Below, one piece after another: positions 26,174 through 38,664 of a DNA stretch of 64,000 nucleotides (the stretch's first letter is position 1; every line of letters starts with the position of its first letter). A program made the position numbers and the translations under genes. The notes beneath the pieces are model-generated. The model did not search any database and was not told the origin of the DNA. It saw nothing but the letters and a program-made list of their open reading frames with translations. This DNA is from Octopus sinensis (taxonomy: Eukaryota), in contig NC_043004.1 of NCBI RefSeq assembly GCF_006345805.1, forward strand, positions 12,090,001 through 12,154,000. Direction: 5' to 3'.

Positions 26174-26591
26174 GGCGCAGGAGTGGCTGTGTGGTAAGTA
26201 GTTTGCTTACCAACCACATGGTTCCGGGTTCAGTCCCACTGCATGGCATCTTGGGGAAGTGTCTTCTACTATAGCCTCGGGCCAACCAAAGCCTTGTGAG
26301 TGGATTTGGTAGACGGAAACTGAAAGAAGCCCGTCGTATATATGTATGTATGTATATATATGTGTGTGTGTATGTTTGTGTGTGTGTGTTTGTCCCTCTA
26401 GCATTGCTCGACAACCAATGCTGGTGTGTTTACGTCTCCGTCACTTAACGGTTTGGCAAAAAAGACTGATAGAATAAGTACTGGGCTTACAAAGAATAAG
26501 TCCTGGGGTCGATTTGCTCGACTAAAGGCGGTGCTCCAGCATGGCCACAGTCAAATGACTGAAACAAGTAAAAGAGTAAAAGAGTAAAGAG
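26174..26591 (+). mobile_element. SINE family A, full length, low divergence
   Basis: GGCGCAGGAGTGGCTGTGTGG to AAAAGAGTAAAAGAGTAAAGAG. Confidence 0.95.
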
Positions 26592-26829
26592 TATATATAT
26601 ATGCATGCATGTGGTTGTCTAGTTAATAAGCTTAATTTTGAACCGGGTGGTTTTGAGTTCATTCCTGCTATGTAGCACCATGTTTTCTATTATAGCCCCA
26701 GGGCTCACAGTCTTCTGAGTGGACTGGGAAGGCAGAAGCTGAAAAAAGGCCCAGTGTGTTTGGGGACTTAAACACTAATATTGGTTATCAAGTGGGGTAG
26801 GGAAGACAAACACAAAGACACACACCCAC

Positions 26830-26990
26830 ACACACATACATATATGAAGGGCTTCTTTCAGTTTCAGTCTACTAAATCCACTCGAAAAGCTTTGGTTGGC
26901 CTGAGGCTATTGTAGAAGACTCTTGCCCAAGGTGTCACGCAGTAGGACTGAACCCAGAACCATGTGGTTGGGAAGCAAGCTTCTTACCAC
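26830..26990 (-). mobile_element. SINE family A 5' module
   Basis: GGGCTTCTTTCAGTT...GGACTGAACCCAGAACCATGTGG. Confidence 0.85.
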
Positions 26991-27010
26991 ACACACACAT
27001 GTGTGTGCAA

Positions 27011-27049
<39 letters not shown>

Positions 27050-27184
27050 TTACATCAGTCTGTCACATGTTGTTATACATCGCTGGTCACACTACACTTT
27101 AAATTGTTTTAGCTTTCAAATGATGCCACCCTGCTGTATATATATATATATCTGGTGGGTGGCATCATTATATATATATATAAT

Positions 27185-27435
27185 ATCATCATCATCATTG
27201 TTTAGCATCCATCTTCCATGCCTGTAATGAATAGGATGGTTGACAGGAGCAGCCCAGGTAAAAAACTACTCTGGGCTACTGTGTCTGTTTTGGCAGGGAT
27301 TTTACAGCTGGATGCCCTTCCTAACACCAACCACTCCACAGAGTGGACTGTATGCTTTCTACATGGCACTAGCACATGTGAGGTTAACTTTGGCATGATT
27401 TCTGCAGCTGGATGCCCTTCCAAATGCCAACCATA
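27185..27435 (-). mobile_element. Family C-type tail
   Basis: CATCATCATTGTTTAGCATCC...CAGCTGGATGCCCTTCCTAACACCAACCACTCC; the motif is repeated near 27405. Confidence 0.75.
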
Positions 27436-27579
27436 TTACGGTATGTTTAGGTTTAAATACATTTGTAAGCTGAGCATAATATGAAAAAATATAGGCAGGA
27501 TCATTGGTGAGAGTTGAACCCCATATTTGCTGGATACCATTCAATATAACCTTATGTGGAGCTGCTGTTCACATGTATA

Positions 27580-27743
27580 CAGGGCTGGCCTCAGGCTGCT
27601 GGTGCCCCAGGCAAGCTGAGCTTGGGCGTGTACAAGTTGACAGTCATGGAAATTTCCTTGTTTTGTCATGCCCTCCTTGGTGGCCCCTAACACATAGTGC
27701 CCTGAGCAACTGCCTGAGTTGCCAGTACATGGAGCTGGCCCTG
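27580..27743. mobile_element. 164-bp hAT-type MITE
   Basis: TIR CAGGGCTGGC / GCTGGCCCTG and perfect 8-bp TSD CATGTATA (27572-27579, 27744-27751). Confidence 0.85.
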
Positions 27744-28289
27744 CATGTATATAAAGATATGTCTATATATGTGGATGTGTCAAAAGTGTTAATGAAGGCA
27801 AGATTGACTGAAGGAAACAGTCATCACTCATCTTGACTGAGATAATTCAAATTGAAAATGATGTCCTGGCAACATGGGGATTTAGACACCATGATGATGC
27901 TATGAATTTTTGAATGGTAAGTATCTGGGCCGATTAGGTGGAGGTGGGTCATGGCAAGAGGACACTCAGGTGATGAGGACATGGGATGAGAATAGATGGA
28001 ATGGCATGAAGATAAGATAAGACGAACGTGTGAAGAATTGTCAAAATATGGTGGTAAGTGTTAGAAAAGATATTGAATTAGGATTGGAACATTCTGGAGC
28101 TTAATATATTTTGGGAGTTCTGGGAATTGATGTAGATGAAGAAATTGGGCCTGGAACGGTAATGGAGATGGAAGGGAGGATCAGTGTAGGAGTAGGGTGA
28201 GATAGGGGTTGAAGACGGTAGCGTCTCAGGTGGAGGTGTTTGAGAAGTATAGGCAGAAGGAGGAACGACACGAAATTCATCTAGAAATT

Positions 28290-28960
28290 GTGGTGGCAGC
28301 AGGGGTGGTGGTGGCAGCAGTGATGGCAGTGGTGGTGGTGGTGGTGGTGGTGGTGGTGGTTGTAATGATGGTGGCAATGAAATTATTATGATGGTAATGA
28401 AGATGATGCTGGATGGAGATGTTAGTGCTAATTCTTGTAATAATGGTTAGTAGGTGTGATAATGAATTATGATGATAATGATGATGATGATGGTAATAGT
28501 GATGGTATCAATGATGATAATGCTGGTTAGTAATGATAGTGGAATTGGTGGTAGTGACAATGACGGTGAGTGGTGGTGGTGACGATAGTAGTGATTGCGG
28601 TGGTGGAGGTGGTGGTGTGATGATGATGGTAGAGGTGGTGGCAATGGTGGTGAGGATAATGATGACAGTGGCATAGATGCTGACAAAGATGATGGTGGTG
28701 GTGGTGGTGGTGGTGGTGGTGGTAGTGGTGCTAGCAGTGAGAGCATCAGTGGTAATGAGAACTGCGACGAAAATCACGATGCTGTTGATGACGATTATAA
28801 TGATGCTGACGACATCAACGACAATGATGACACTGTCGCTAGTATTAGTGGCAAGGATGCTGGGAAGTGAGGACAATCGTCAGATTGTGAAGATGACCAT
28901 AATGGTGAGGAGGGGCAGGTTACAGTATCAAAGGTGTCATTGATAACGACGTGGTGAGGG
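28290..28960. repeat. Degenerate (GGT/GAT)n tract
   Basis: Seen directly. Confidence 0.9.
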
Positions 28961-29042
28961 TGAAGATCTTGTTTAAGGTGATGGAGAAAGAACCTTGCTG
29001 TGATGCCAGTGTTAGACGCCACAACATTGAGTGTAAAACTTG

Positions 29043-29442
29043 AGGCGTAGGAGTGGCTCAGTGGTAAGTAGCTTGCTTACGAACCACATGGTTCTGGGTT
29101 CAGTCCCACTGCATGGCACCTCGGGCAAGTGTCTTCTACTATAGCCTCGGGCTGACCAAATCCTTGTGGGTGGATTTGGTAGATAGAAACTGAAAGAAGC
29201 CCGTCGTATATATGTATATATATATGTATGTGTGTCTGTGTTTGTCCCCCCCCCCAACATCACTTGACAACCGATGCTGGTGTGTTTAGGTCCCCATAAC
29301 CTAGTGGTTCGGCAAAATGAGACCGATAGAATAAGTACTAGGCTTACAAAGAAAAAATCCTGGGGTCGATTTGCTTGACTAAAGGCAGTGCTCCAGCATG
29401 GCCACAGTCAAATAACTGAAACAAGTAAAAGAGTAAAGAGTA
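29043..29442 (+). mobile_element. SINE family A, full length
   Basis: GGCGTAGGAGTGGCTCAGTGGTAAG to AAAAGAGTAAAGAG. Confidence 0.93.
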
Positions 29443-29729
29443 TATAATGCACGTGTGTGTGTGTGTGTTTAGATATGATAGTGTACTGTATATCTGTGTT
29501 TGCTAATGTATGTTAATGTATGCATATTGTCATACATACAAATATTGTCGTTGTGTCGATTTGTTATGTTCACACCTAATCCAACACGTGCAGACCAGAA
29601 CACATGCTAATGTATACTGACATAAGCACACACACACATATATACATAGATGTATACATACATACATATCTGGGCCTGTCTCAATTTTCAGGGGTACATG
29701 TATGTGTGTGTGTATGTGTGTGTATATTT

Positions 29730-30150
29730 TTATTCTTTTATTTGTTTCAATCACTTGACTGTGGCCATTCTGGAGCACCATCTTAAAGGGTTTTTTTTTA
29801 GCCAAGGAAATCGACCCCAGAACTTATTTTTTGTAAGCCTAGTACTTATTCTTTATCGGTCTTTTTTGCTGAACCACCACGTTACAGGGATGTAAACACA
29901 CCACCATTGATTCTCAAGTGATGGTGGGAAGACAAACGCAGTCACAAAGACACACACACACAGATATAAATACATGTATGTATGTATGTGTGTATATATA
30001 TATATGTATATATATGTATTAAATATATGATGGGCTTGTTCTGCTCACAAGGTTTTGGTAGGCTTGAGGCTATGGTAGAAGACAGCTGTTCAATGCGTCA
30101 CACAGTGGGACTGAACCCAGAACCAAGTGGTTGAGGAACAAGTTTTTTAT
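29730..30150 (-). mobile_element. SINE family A, both modules, diverged
   Basis: 3' module 29730-29965, microsatellite, 5' module 30025-30150. Confidence 0.8.
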
Positions 30151-30965
30151 CCAAATTAAAAAGAGGATGAGCAGCAATATCATGAATATTGTACCTCCGG
30201 ACCCTAATAATAACACATCTGAAATTATCTTCGAAGGCCCTATGTATTTCATAAGAGTAATCTTTCCCATCACCTCCTCTCTCTCTCTCTCTTCTGTGTA
30301 TCTCACTACATCTCTCTCTCTCTCTTCCGTCTTTTACTTCCACCATTCTCTTTCTCTCTTCCCTTTTCACAACCACTTTGGTTCTTCATCTTTATTCTTT
30401 TGATATCTGAGATGCTTTGCACCCCACCCCGCCACCTCTTGTTTTCTTTGTCTTATCTTCAAATTTCATGTATCTTATACACATCGAAGCAGGAATTAAG
30501 GCACTTTTATCGATCATTTTGTCTCTCTTTTTCTCTGTCTGTCCATATTTCTCTCACATATTCTCCCTATTCATCTATCCATAAATCTCAGGGTATGAGT
30601 ATATGTGTATGTGTGCATGCATTTATATATGCTCAATACATGACAATAAGTAAAACATGCATGTTAGTGCGTGTGTGTGTGTGCATGTATATATATATAT
30701 TTAAATAATGAAGGTGATAAATTGAATATTAATTCAAATAACATCAATTTAAAACCAGTAGCCAGCATATAGAAAAATCTGAAAATTCAGAAAAATTGTA
30801 ATACATGCATATAATAAGGAATGACCACTAAGTGGACATCCAATATGCTAGAAGAAAATCTCCAACGATCTAACCACAAAGAAAAGAATGTTCTCTAGAG
30901 AAATTCAGCAAACACCAGAACAAAAGCAGGTAAGACAGATGAAAATATACAAAAATAAAGAATTA

Positions 30966-31033
30966 ATTGTAATCCGGTTTTGTCATTAACGATTTTACTT
31001 ACGTAACAACGTCCGCGGACTCTTCAGTACAAT
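30966..31033 (-). ncRNA. Decayed type-I hammerhead ribozyme motif in a Penelope-like terminal repeat
   Basis: Minus strand ATTGTA-CTGAAGA-GTC...GAC-AAAAC-CGG-AT-TACAAT: perfect 6-bp stem I, GTC/GAC stem II, G12 to A at a CpG, mutated cleavage triplet. Confidence 0.55.
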
Positions 31034-31074
31034 CATTCTAATTCAATATAATTTGTAAAACTAATGAAACACGC

Positions 31075-31300
31075 ATCATGATCGTAAGATTGTGGTTTCA
31101 ACTCCTGGAACAGGCGTTGCGTTGCGTTGCGTTCTTGAGCAAAACACTTCATTTCACCTTGCTTCAGTCCACTCAGCTGGCAAAAATGAGTAACGCTGCA
31201 ATGGACTGGCGTCCCTTCCAGCTGGGGATCACATACGCCATTGATACCAGTAAACCAGGCCCATGAGCCTGGCTAGGCTTTAAAAGGGCACATGTATTTA
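31075..31300 (+). mobile_element. SINE family F (CORE-like plus V-like segments), head truncated
   Basis: TTCTTGAGCAAAACACTT...CACTCAGCTG...AATGAGTA...GCAATGGACTGGCGTCCC. Confidence 0.7.
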
Positions 31301-32549
31301 TTATTATTATTATGTATGATGCCTAAATCCTTCCATCTCGCACTAGTTATTCAACCCCTGATCTGTCACAGAACAGCTCATATTTCGCCATTGCTCTCAA
31401 GATTTTCTTTCCTCCCTTTACAGGTGCTTTTTTTTACATATCATTGGCACAGATGCTTTTTACATGGCACCAGCATGGGTGATTTTATGTGGCACCAGAA
31501 CGGTTGCTTCTTACATGTTGCCAGCACAAGCGCTTTTTATGTGGCGTGACCATAATGCAGTACAATGCACAATGGCATGCATATCATTTCAATGGGCTCC
31601 AACATATTGTTGCAGTTCTGCCAAAATCTTTGGTTAAACATGAAAGAACCAATCAATATCTTCCTTTACATATGGTTCCTATCAAAGATGGTTAAAATGG
31701 TGCTGGAAGAATAGAAAGTGAAAGATGAGATCTGCAATTGTGTTAGACCCTTCTCTTCAAACCCTTTCACTAACACAAGTAAGAAAGGAACCCCTTAGGG
31801 GAAACCACATAGAGTAGTTTATCTATATAAGAGTGTTTTAACATTTTCTGTAATCAGAGCAAGGAGGAGAGAGAGAGAGAGAGAGGGGGGGGGGAAGATG
31901 GAGATATGGAGAAAGAAACAGAGAGAGAGAGAGAGAGGGGGGGAAGATGGAGATATGGAGAAAGAAACAGAGAGAGAGAGAGAGAGAGGGAAACTGAGAT
32001 AATGTGGTAATAATCCTTTTGTATTATTGGCTCATCAATCAAAATTTGGATTGGATGATAGAAGTTTTAGTGGCTGGTTTCCTATTTCTCTGTTTGTTTG
32101 GTATTGTTTTGTTTTGTAAAGTAGCAAGTAGGAAGAGAGGTCTTTGTTGTTGTTGTTGTTGCTGTTTTCTAACAATGCCAACAACAACAGCAACAAGAAC
32201 TAGAACATCAACATAAACATTGACCATATTAGCTACAAAAATGGTAAAACCTAATGACTGTAAATAAAGCAAACTTAACAAAACAAACTAAACAACAATG
32301 GTGCCCATGCTGCTGTTGCTGATAATGGTGATGATGATGGTGATGATGATGATGACTGTTGACTGATGATGATGTTGTGTTTAATGTTATGTTATTGTGT
32401 TGATGAGTGATGATTGTTACTTTTGATGTCCAAGTTAATGTTATTTATTGCTACAAGTGTGATAAAACACCGAACTGGAACTGAACAGACTAAGACAGCA
32501 AAATGCAATACTAAGCACACACAATTAAACATTATACTCATTTTATATA

Positions 32550-32995
32550 TACTCATTTACTTGTTTTAGTCATTTGTCTGCGGCCATGCAGGAGCACCGC
32601 CTTTAGTCGAGCAAATCGACACCGGGGACTTATTCTTTGTAAGCCTAGTACTTATTCTATCAGTCTCTTTTGCCAAACCGCTAAGTTACAAGGATGTAAA
32701 CACACCAGCATTGGTTGTTAAGCGATGTTGGGGGGGGGGGACAAAGACAGACACACAAACATATACACACACACATACATACATATATATATACATATAT
32801 ATATACATATACATATATATATATATACATATACATATATATGACGGGCGTCTTTCAGTTTCCGTCAACCAAATCCACTCACAAGGCTTTGGTCGGCCCG
32901 AGGCTATAATAGAAGACACTTGCCCCAAGTTCCATGCAGTGGGACTGAACCCGGAACCATGTGGTTAGTAAGCAAGCTACTTACCACACAGCCAC
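32550..32995 (-). mobile_element. SINE family A, full length
   Basis: Both modules and internal (TA)n. Confidence 0.93.
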
Positions 32996-33114
32996 ACTAC
33001 TACCACTACTAATTGTCAACAATTACTAGTGGTGGTGATGGTGGTAGTGGTGGTAGTTATAGTAGTAGTAGTTGTTTTAGTAGTGGTGGTAGTGATGGTA
33101 GTAATAGTAATAAA

Positions 33115-33770
33115 CCTTTCTACAAAAGGCACAAGGTCTGACATTTTTGAGAGGTTGGGGGTAAATCAATTATCTCAACCCCAGTACTCAACTGGTACTT
33201 ATTTTATCGACCCTAAAATGATGGAAAGCAAAGTTGACCTCAGTGGATTTTGAACTCAAAATGTAGCCACAAGCTAAATTCCGCTAAGCATTTCGTCCAG
33301 TGTGCTAACAGTTCTGCCAGCTTACTGCCTTAATAATAATAATAATCATAATTATAATAATAATAATAAACCTTTCTACTATAGGCACAAGGCCTGAAAT
33401 TTTGAGGGTTTGGGAACAAGTCGATTACATCGACCCCAGTGTTTAACTGGTACTTATTTTATCGGCCCTGAAAACATAAGAGGCAAAGTCGACCTCAGTG
33501 GAATTTGAACTCAGAATATAAAATGACCAAGAAGAAATGCAGCTAACTGTTTCTCATTTTAGCAGAAGGCTAGTAAATTTCGAAGGAGTGTGTAAGTTAA
33601 TTCCATCGACTCCAGTACTTGACTCAAGCATTATTTCATTGACTCAGAAATGACGAAGAGGAAAACATTTACCTTGGCAGAGTTTGAACTCAAATATAAC
33701 GAGTTGGAAGAAATAGTGCTGGGCATTTTGTCCTAGGCAATTAAAAACTCTGCAAACTCACTGCCTTAAC
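33115..33770 (-). mobile_element. Three head-to-tail SINE B copies; (TAA)n between the first two
   Basis: 33115-33330, 33368-33540, 33560-33770. Confidence 0.85.
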
Positions 33771-33779
33771 AATTCCAAC

Positions 33780-34172
33780 AATGTGTATGTGTGTGTGTGT
33801 GTGTTGTGTGTATGTGCATGTGTGCACATACACATGTACGTGTGTCTGTGTGTGTGTATATATATATATGCATATATACTTTTATGTTTATATCTATATC
33901 TATCTATCTATCTATCTAATATATATATATATATTATATATAGATATAGGTCTCTCTCTCTTTCTTCATATAAAGTATGTTGTATGTATGTTATATTCTA
34001 TATATAGATTATATATATATATATATACATATGTCTGTCTTTCTCTGTATATATATATATATATAAATAAAAGTAAAAATAAATATTATGTATATATATA
34101 TAGCGAGAGAGAGAAAGAGAGAGAGAGATAGATATATATATCTTTTATATATATAAAGGATATATGTGTGTG

Positions 34173-34214
<42 letters not shown>

Positions 34215-34294
34215 TCCTACTTATATAATATATATATATATATATATAATGTATATATACTGTATATATATATATATAATAAATATAATATAAA

Positions 34295-34327
<33 letters not shown>

Positions 34328-34330
34328 TGT
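33780..34330. repeat. Compound TA/TG/GA microsatellite
   Basis: Seen directly. Confidence 0.9.
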
Positions 34331-34584
34331 GGCCTTCCAGAAAAAAACCGTTTTTGCCACATTTGACATTTCCTGTAAAAAATGTTCAGTTCTTCTTGAC
34401 ATCTTTTGTCTCGTCTGTAAATATGTTCTCTTGATTCCATCTGCTATTTTTGGCCAGCCACGATGTATATTTGGAAATCATAAAGTCAAGTGCTTTAGTC
34501 ATCATCTGTAATGTAAGATGGCCATTCTGTCGTAGTTAATGTCAGTTTCGTTTATGACCCCCATCATCTAATATCATCATCATC

Positions 34585-34810
34585 ATCATCAACCTTATCA
34601 TTATTTAACATCCACTTTTCCTTGCTAGCATGGGTCAGATGGAATTTGTCAAGGCAGATATTTTATGCTAGGAAACCCTTTCTGTTGTCAACCCTTATGT
34701 TTCCACGGTAATATTTCCACCCCGTAGCCATACATTTTTTTTTCCTTTCTTGCTGGATGACTGCAAATGAAGTACTTCACATTAATGACCATCACACCAT
34801 CACATGAGTC
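34585..34810 (-). mobile_element. Family C-related element
   Basis: CATCATC...TTTAACATCCACTTTTCCTTGCTAGCATGGG...CCCTTTCTGTTGTCAACC. Confidence 0.65.
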
Positions 34811-34865
34811 ATGACAAGGGGACACAAACGCGCACACGTGATGCATGTGTATGTAATATATATAT

Positions 34866-35098
34866 AAAGGTGGTGAGCTGGCAGAATCATTAGCATGCCG
34901 GGCGAAATGCGTAGCTGTATTTTGTCTGCCGTTACGTTCTGAGTTCAAATTCCGCCGAGGTCGACTTTGCCTTTCATCCTTTCGGGGTCGATAAATTAAG
35001 TATCAGTTACGCACTGGGGTCGATGTAATCGACTTAATACCTGTGTCTGTCCTTGTTTGTCCCTTCTATGTTTAGCCCCTTGTGGGTAGTAAAGAAAT
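34866..35098 (+). mobile_element. SINE family B, full length, low divergence
   Basis: AAAGGTGGTGAGCTGGCAGAATCATTAGC...GAGTTCAAATTCCGCC...GTAGTAAAGAAATA. Confidence 0.95.
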
Positions 35099-35472
35099 AT
35101 ATATAAAGTGTGCTGGGGAAGGTGAGGCTATTAGGCCAGTCCAGAAACCAGTCCACACGAGTTCAAATACTTGAACATATACCGAAAGATTGTCTTAACT
35201 CACTTGCTTTGGGACTGTTGATTTTTCTGTAGTTATTATCAGTGTATTTTGGCAATTTAAATAAGAGTTTTAACTGTTATTTCCAACATGTAGACATATT
35301 TAGTATGTCCTTTAATTAATTTTAATCCTTCAACTATTTAATGCTTTTTGGAGGGCCTGCAATCACCTATATTATTGATTCTGTTATCATTTTTGAATTG
35401 TTACACAAGATGATAATAGAGTCAATATCTTCACAGATTATTTTTTTGTGAATTATTTGCTCTGTATTGAAC

Positions 35473-35511
<39 letters not shown>

Positions 35512-35652
35512 TATTATATTAAATTAGAGATAAAACACTATTAGGCAAATCAAACAATGAAAAACTTAAGCCAATACATAAAATTAATTAATTTATATTA
35601 TTTTAAATATATATCAAAAGTATTAAAAGTTTAATAAAAGATAATGAGTTAA

Positions 35653-35724
35653 ACACTACGATCGTTTCATGGCTATCCAATTCGTAATAATTCGTGTTAT
35701 GGTTACAGTCAATCTTCAGGTAAT
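35653..35724 (-). ncRNA. Type-I hammerhead ribozyme motif; CTGAAGA, GAAA and GTA intact, 10.1/11.1 pair lost
   Basis: Minus strand AATTAC-CTGAAGA-TTGACTG...TAGCCAT-GAAAC-GATC-GTA-GTGT with palindromic ACGATCGT stem III. Confidence 0.6.
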
Positions 35725-35749
35725 TGAAATACTTATCTTAGTGATATTT

Positions 35750-36180
35750 ATGTTTTCTTTTATTTGTTTCAGTGATTAAACTGTGGCTATGCTGGGGCAC
35801 TGCATTGAATTTTTAGTTGAAAGTTGAACAAATTCACTCTATTCTATCGGTCTCTTTTGCTGAACCACTATGCTATGAGGATATAAACAGACCAGCACCG
35901 GTTGTCAAACATAGACACAACAATGCTCGCACATGCCCACACATACACGCTCATGTGAGTGTGCATGTGTGTATATATATATATATATATAAAATATATA
36001 TATATACACACACATAAATGACAGGATTTCTTCCAGTTTTTGAGTGAATTCACTCCCAAAGCTTTGTTTAGTCTATGGCTATAGTAGAAGACACTTGTTC
36101 AAGGTATCACCATGTGGAACTGAACCTGGAACCATGTGGTTGGAAAGCAACCTTTCTACCACATCGCCATGCCTGCACCT
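35750..36180 (-). mobile_element. SINE family A, both modules, diverged
   Basis: TTTGTTTCAGTGATTAAACTG... and ...GAACCTGGAACCATGTGGTTGG. Confidence 0.8.
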
Positions 36181-36229
36181 ATAAATATATATATATATGT
36201 GTTTGTGTGTGTGTGTGTGTGTAGATATA

Positions 36230-36389
36230 TATCATCATCATCATCGTTTAATGTCCGCTTTCCCTGCTGGCATGGGTTGGATGGTTTGACTGAGGTCTGG
36301 AAAGCCAGTGACTGCGCAAGGCTCCATTCTGAATATTTGCTGTAGCCCATCTTTTATACCAAGACTAAACCAATGTACATGATAACACT
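36230..36389 (-). mobile_element. Family C tail fragment abutting a family H fragment (36331-36389)
   Basis: CATCGTTTAATGTCCGCTTTCCCTGCTGGCATGGG; GAATATTTGCTGTAGCCCATCTTTTATACCAAGAC. Confidence 0.8.
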
Positions 36390-36545
36390 ATTATTATATA
36401 TTTAAAGTATATATGTATGTGTATACCTATCTGGCCGTCTGTCTATCTATCTAGCTTGCTATCTATCTTTATGTATATATATATATATATATATACACCA
36501 CACCCATACACATATGTGACATATGTGTGTGTATTTATGCATTGT

Positions 36546-36576
<31 letters not shown>

Positions 36577-36602
36577 CCTCTATATATATATATAGATATA
36601 TA

Positions 36603-36634
<32 letters not shown>

Positions 36635-37059
36635 TATCTCTTGTGTACATACACTATGTCGGTATGTACACACACACTCACACGTATATATATATATAAA
36701 TATAATCATCAGAAACCAATAAGATTGTCTTTAAAGCACATCCCCCCCCCCCCCATTACCCTCACCACCATCAACTCTGCATTCCTGACAGCTCCCAATA
36801 ACAGTACAGTGATAGATCTGTCCTTTAAAATATTAACTTTAATCCATCACATCTGTCCCACAACATCTTATTACAACTTTGCAATAATGCCACTCTGCTT
36901 CGTAATTTGGGCTCTTTTTTTTTATTTTCTGTTGTTGTTTTTTTTTGTTTGTTTTTTTACCTTATCCACACCATTTGTTGTTGTTGTTGTCGTCATAGAA
37001 ATTATTTGTGTTGAAGTTAATTTGTCGCCATCGCTGTTGTTGTTGTTGTTGCTGTAGCA

Positions 37060-37510
37060 TGGGTGGGTTGATGTTATTGTGATTGTTTTTTGTAGTGATG
37101 GTAGTTGTAGTCGTAGCGGTGGTGGTGGTGGTGACAGTGATGATAATACTGGTAGTAGTGGTGGCAATGGTGGTGGTGGTGGTGGTGGTGGTGGTGGCAG
37201 TTGTGGTGGTGGTGGTGGTGATGGTAGTATCCGTAGCACTAATGGTTATAGTGGTGTTGGTAGTGGTAGCTGTGGTGATGGTAATAGTAGTAGAGGCAGT
37301 AGTGGTAGTGGTTGTAGCGGAAGTAGAATTAGCAGTAATGGTGGTGGTTTAAATGGAAGTTGTCGTAGTAGTAGTAGTAGTAGTTATTGGTGGTAGTGGT
37401 GATGGTAGTGGATTGTGGTGGTTGTTTTTGTGCTGATGATAATGATGGTATTGGCACCTTTTTTTGTCAATTCCGAGTAGTAGTAGTAGTAGTTATGGTG
37501 GTGGTTGTGG
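37060..37510. repeat. Degenerate (GGT/AGT)n tract
   Basis: Seen directly. Confidence 0.9.
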
Positions 37511-37994
37511 TTGTAGTGGTGGTGGTAGTTGATACAATTGGATAATAAAGTGTTAGTATTCTCATGCAATGATTTCAGCCATGACTGCCAAACACCTCCT
37601 TTCACCATTCTCCATTCTGAATCAATCGGCATTTTTTTTTTTTTTGTCACTTCTCAAAAGAAATCTTTATTTTCTTATATAAATCTTCTTATATACTCTT
37701 ATTTCCTCTTAAATATCTCCAACCACACATCTTCTCCTGTCATTCCTCATATACGTGTATTTCCCCTTGGATATCTCCAGCCAAACACCCAGCACTTCCA
37801 CCCTTTTCTCATATTATGTAATATTGTCATCATTGCTGTTCTTACTGTTGTTGGTTTCTTGTCATTTTTGACATGTGCACGGAGATTGTTCCATCTTCAC
37901 TGATGATTTTCGTCTCCTTCTGCTTCCTCGGTGTCAACAGCATTTCTGACTTTCCATCCATGACCTCTCTGATAACTATTCTGCCCCATTGCAG

Positions 37995-38026
37995 ATCTGC
38001 ATGTTTTGAAGAATTAGGTGGCAGAC
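37995..38026 (+). other. Candidate 32-nt micro-exon (xSACFEELGGR)
   Basis: tattctgccccattgcag|...|gtaagt with one open frame; no transcript evidence. Confidence 0.25.
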
Positions 38027-38440
38027 GTAAGTTCTAACTCATTGTGCACTTCCAACTCATTAGGTCTGTACATGTTGAGATCTCCTTGTGCTTCCTTGGT
38101 GTCAACAGCATTTCTGACTTTCCATCCATGACCTCTCTGATAACTATTCTGTCCCATTCTCTGAGTTTCTGTGATTAATATCTAGTGACAGGCTGAAGCG
38201 AGATGACCAGTAATCATGTAAAACTGCAGGTTTTACATCAGAGTGTATGTCTCCTAGAAGAATGCTTTAACAGCAGCTAAGGGTCCCTCACTCACGGTGG
38301 TTTTACTGTGCACCCTAACACCAACCAAGGGTATTTCTGTTCCCTTTGCTCAGGTAAATTTTCATCACATATGCTATTTAACCCATAATTGGGACCCTGA
38401 CAGGTGCTGTTACTCTGGTTCAGAGTGGACCTAGAGACAA

Positions 38441-38550
38441 GGGTGGAGGGTATATTAGCCGAAACGTGTTAACAACAAACAAGATGAGGACAAATATCCA
38501 TCAAATGTAAATGATGCACATAATTCCTCTTCTCCGAAATATAAAACTGG
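38441..38550 (+). mobile_element. Penelope-like terminal repeat fragment (3' half of a hammerhead motif)
   Basis: GGAGGGTATATTAGCC-GAAACG-TGTTAACAACAAACAAGATGAGGACAAATATCC; same family as 57620-57770. Confidence 0.6.
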
Positions 38551-38664
38551 TATCTGTTGGTATTTAAAATATCTGTGAATGAGAAAAAGAAGAAAATGGA
38601 GAAATTGCTGTATAGACATCAGTTTATTCAAAGATATTCAAATCAATATAATATGCAATTCTTA

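Noticed and set aside
34389-34508. Minus-strand acceptor followed by MMTKALDFMISKYTSWLAKNSRWNQENIF...
   Set aside because: Short, unrecognised and without a linked upstream exon; compatible with chance.
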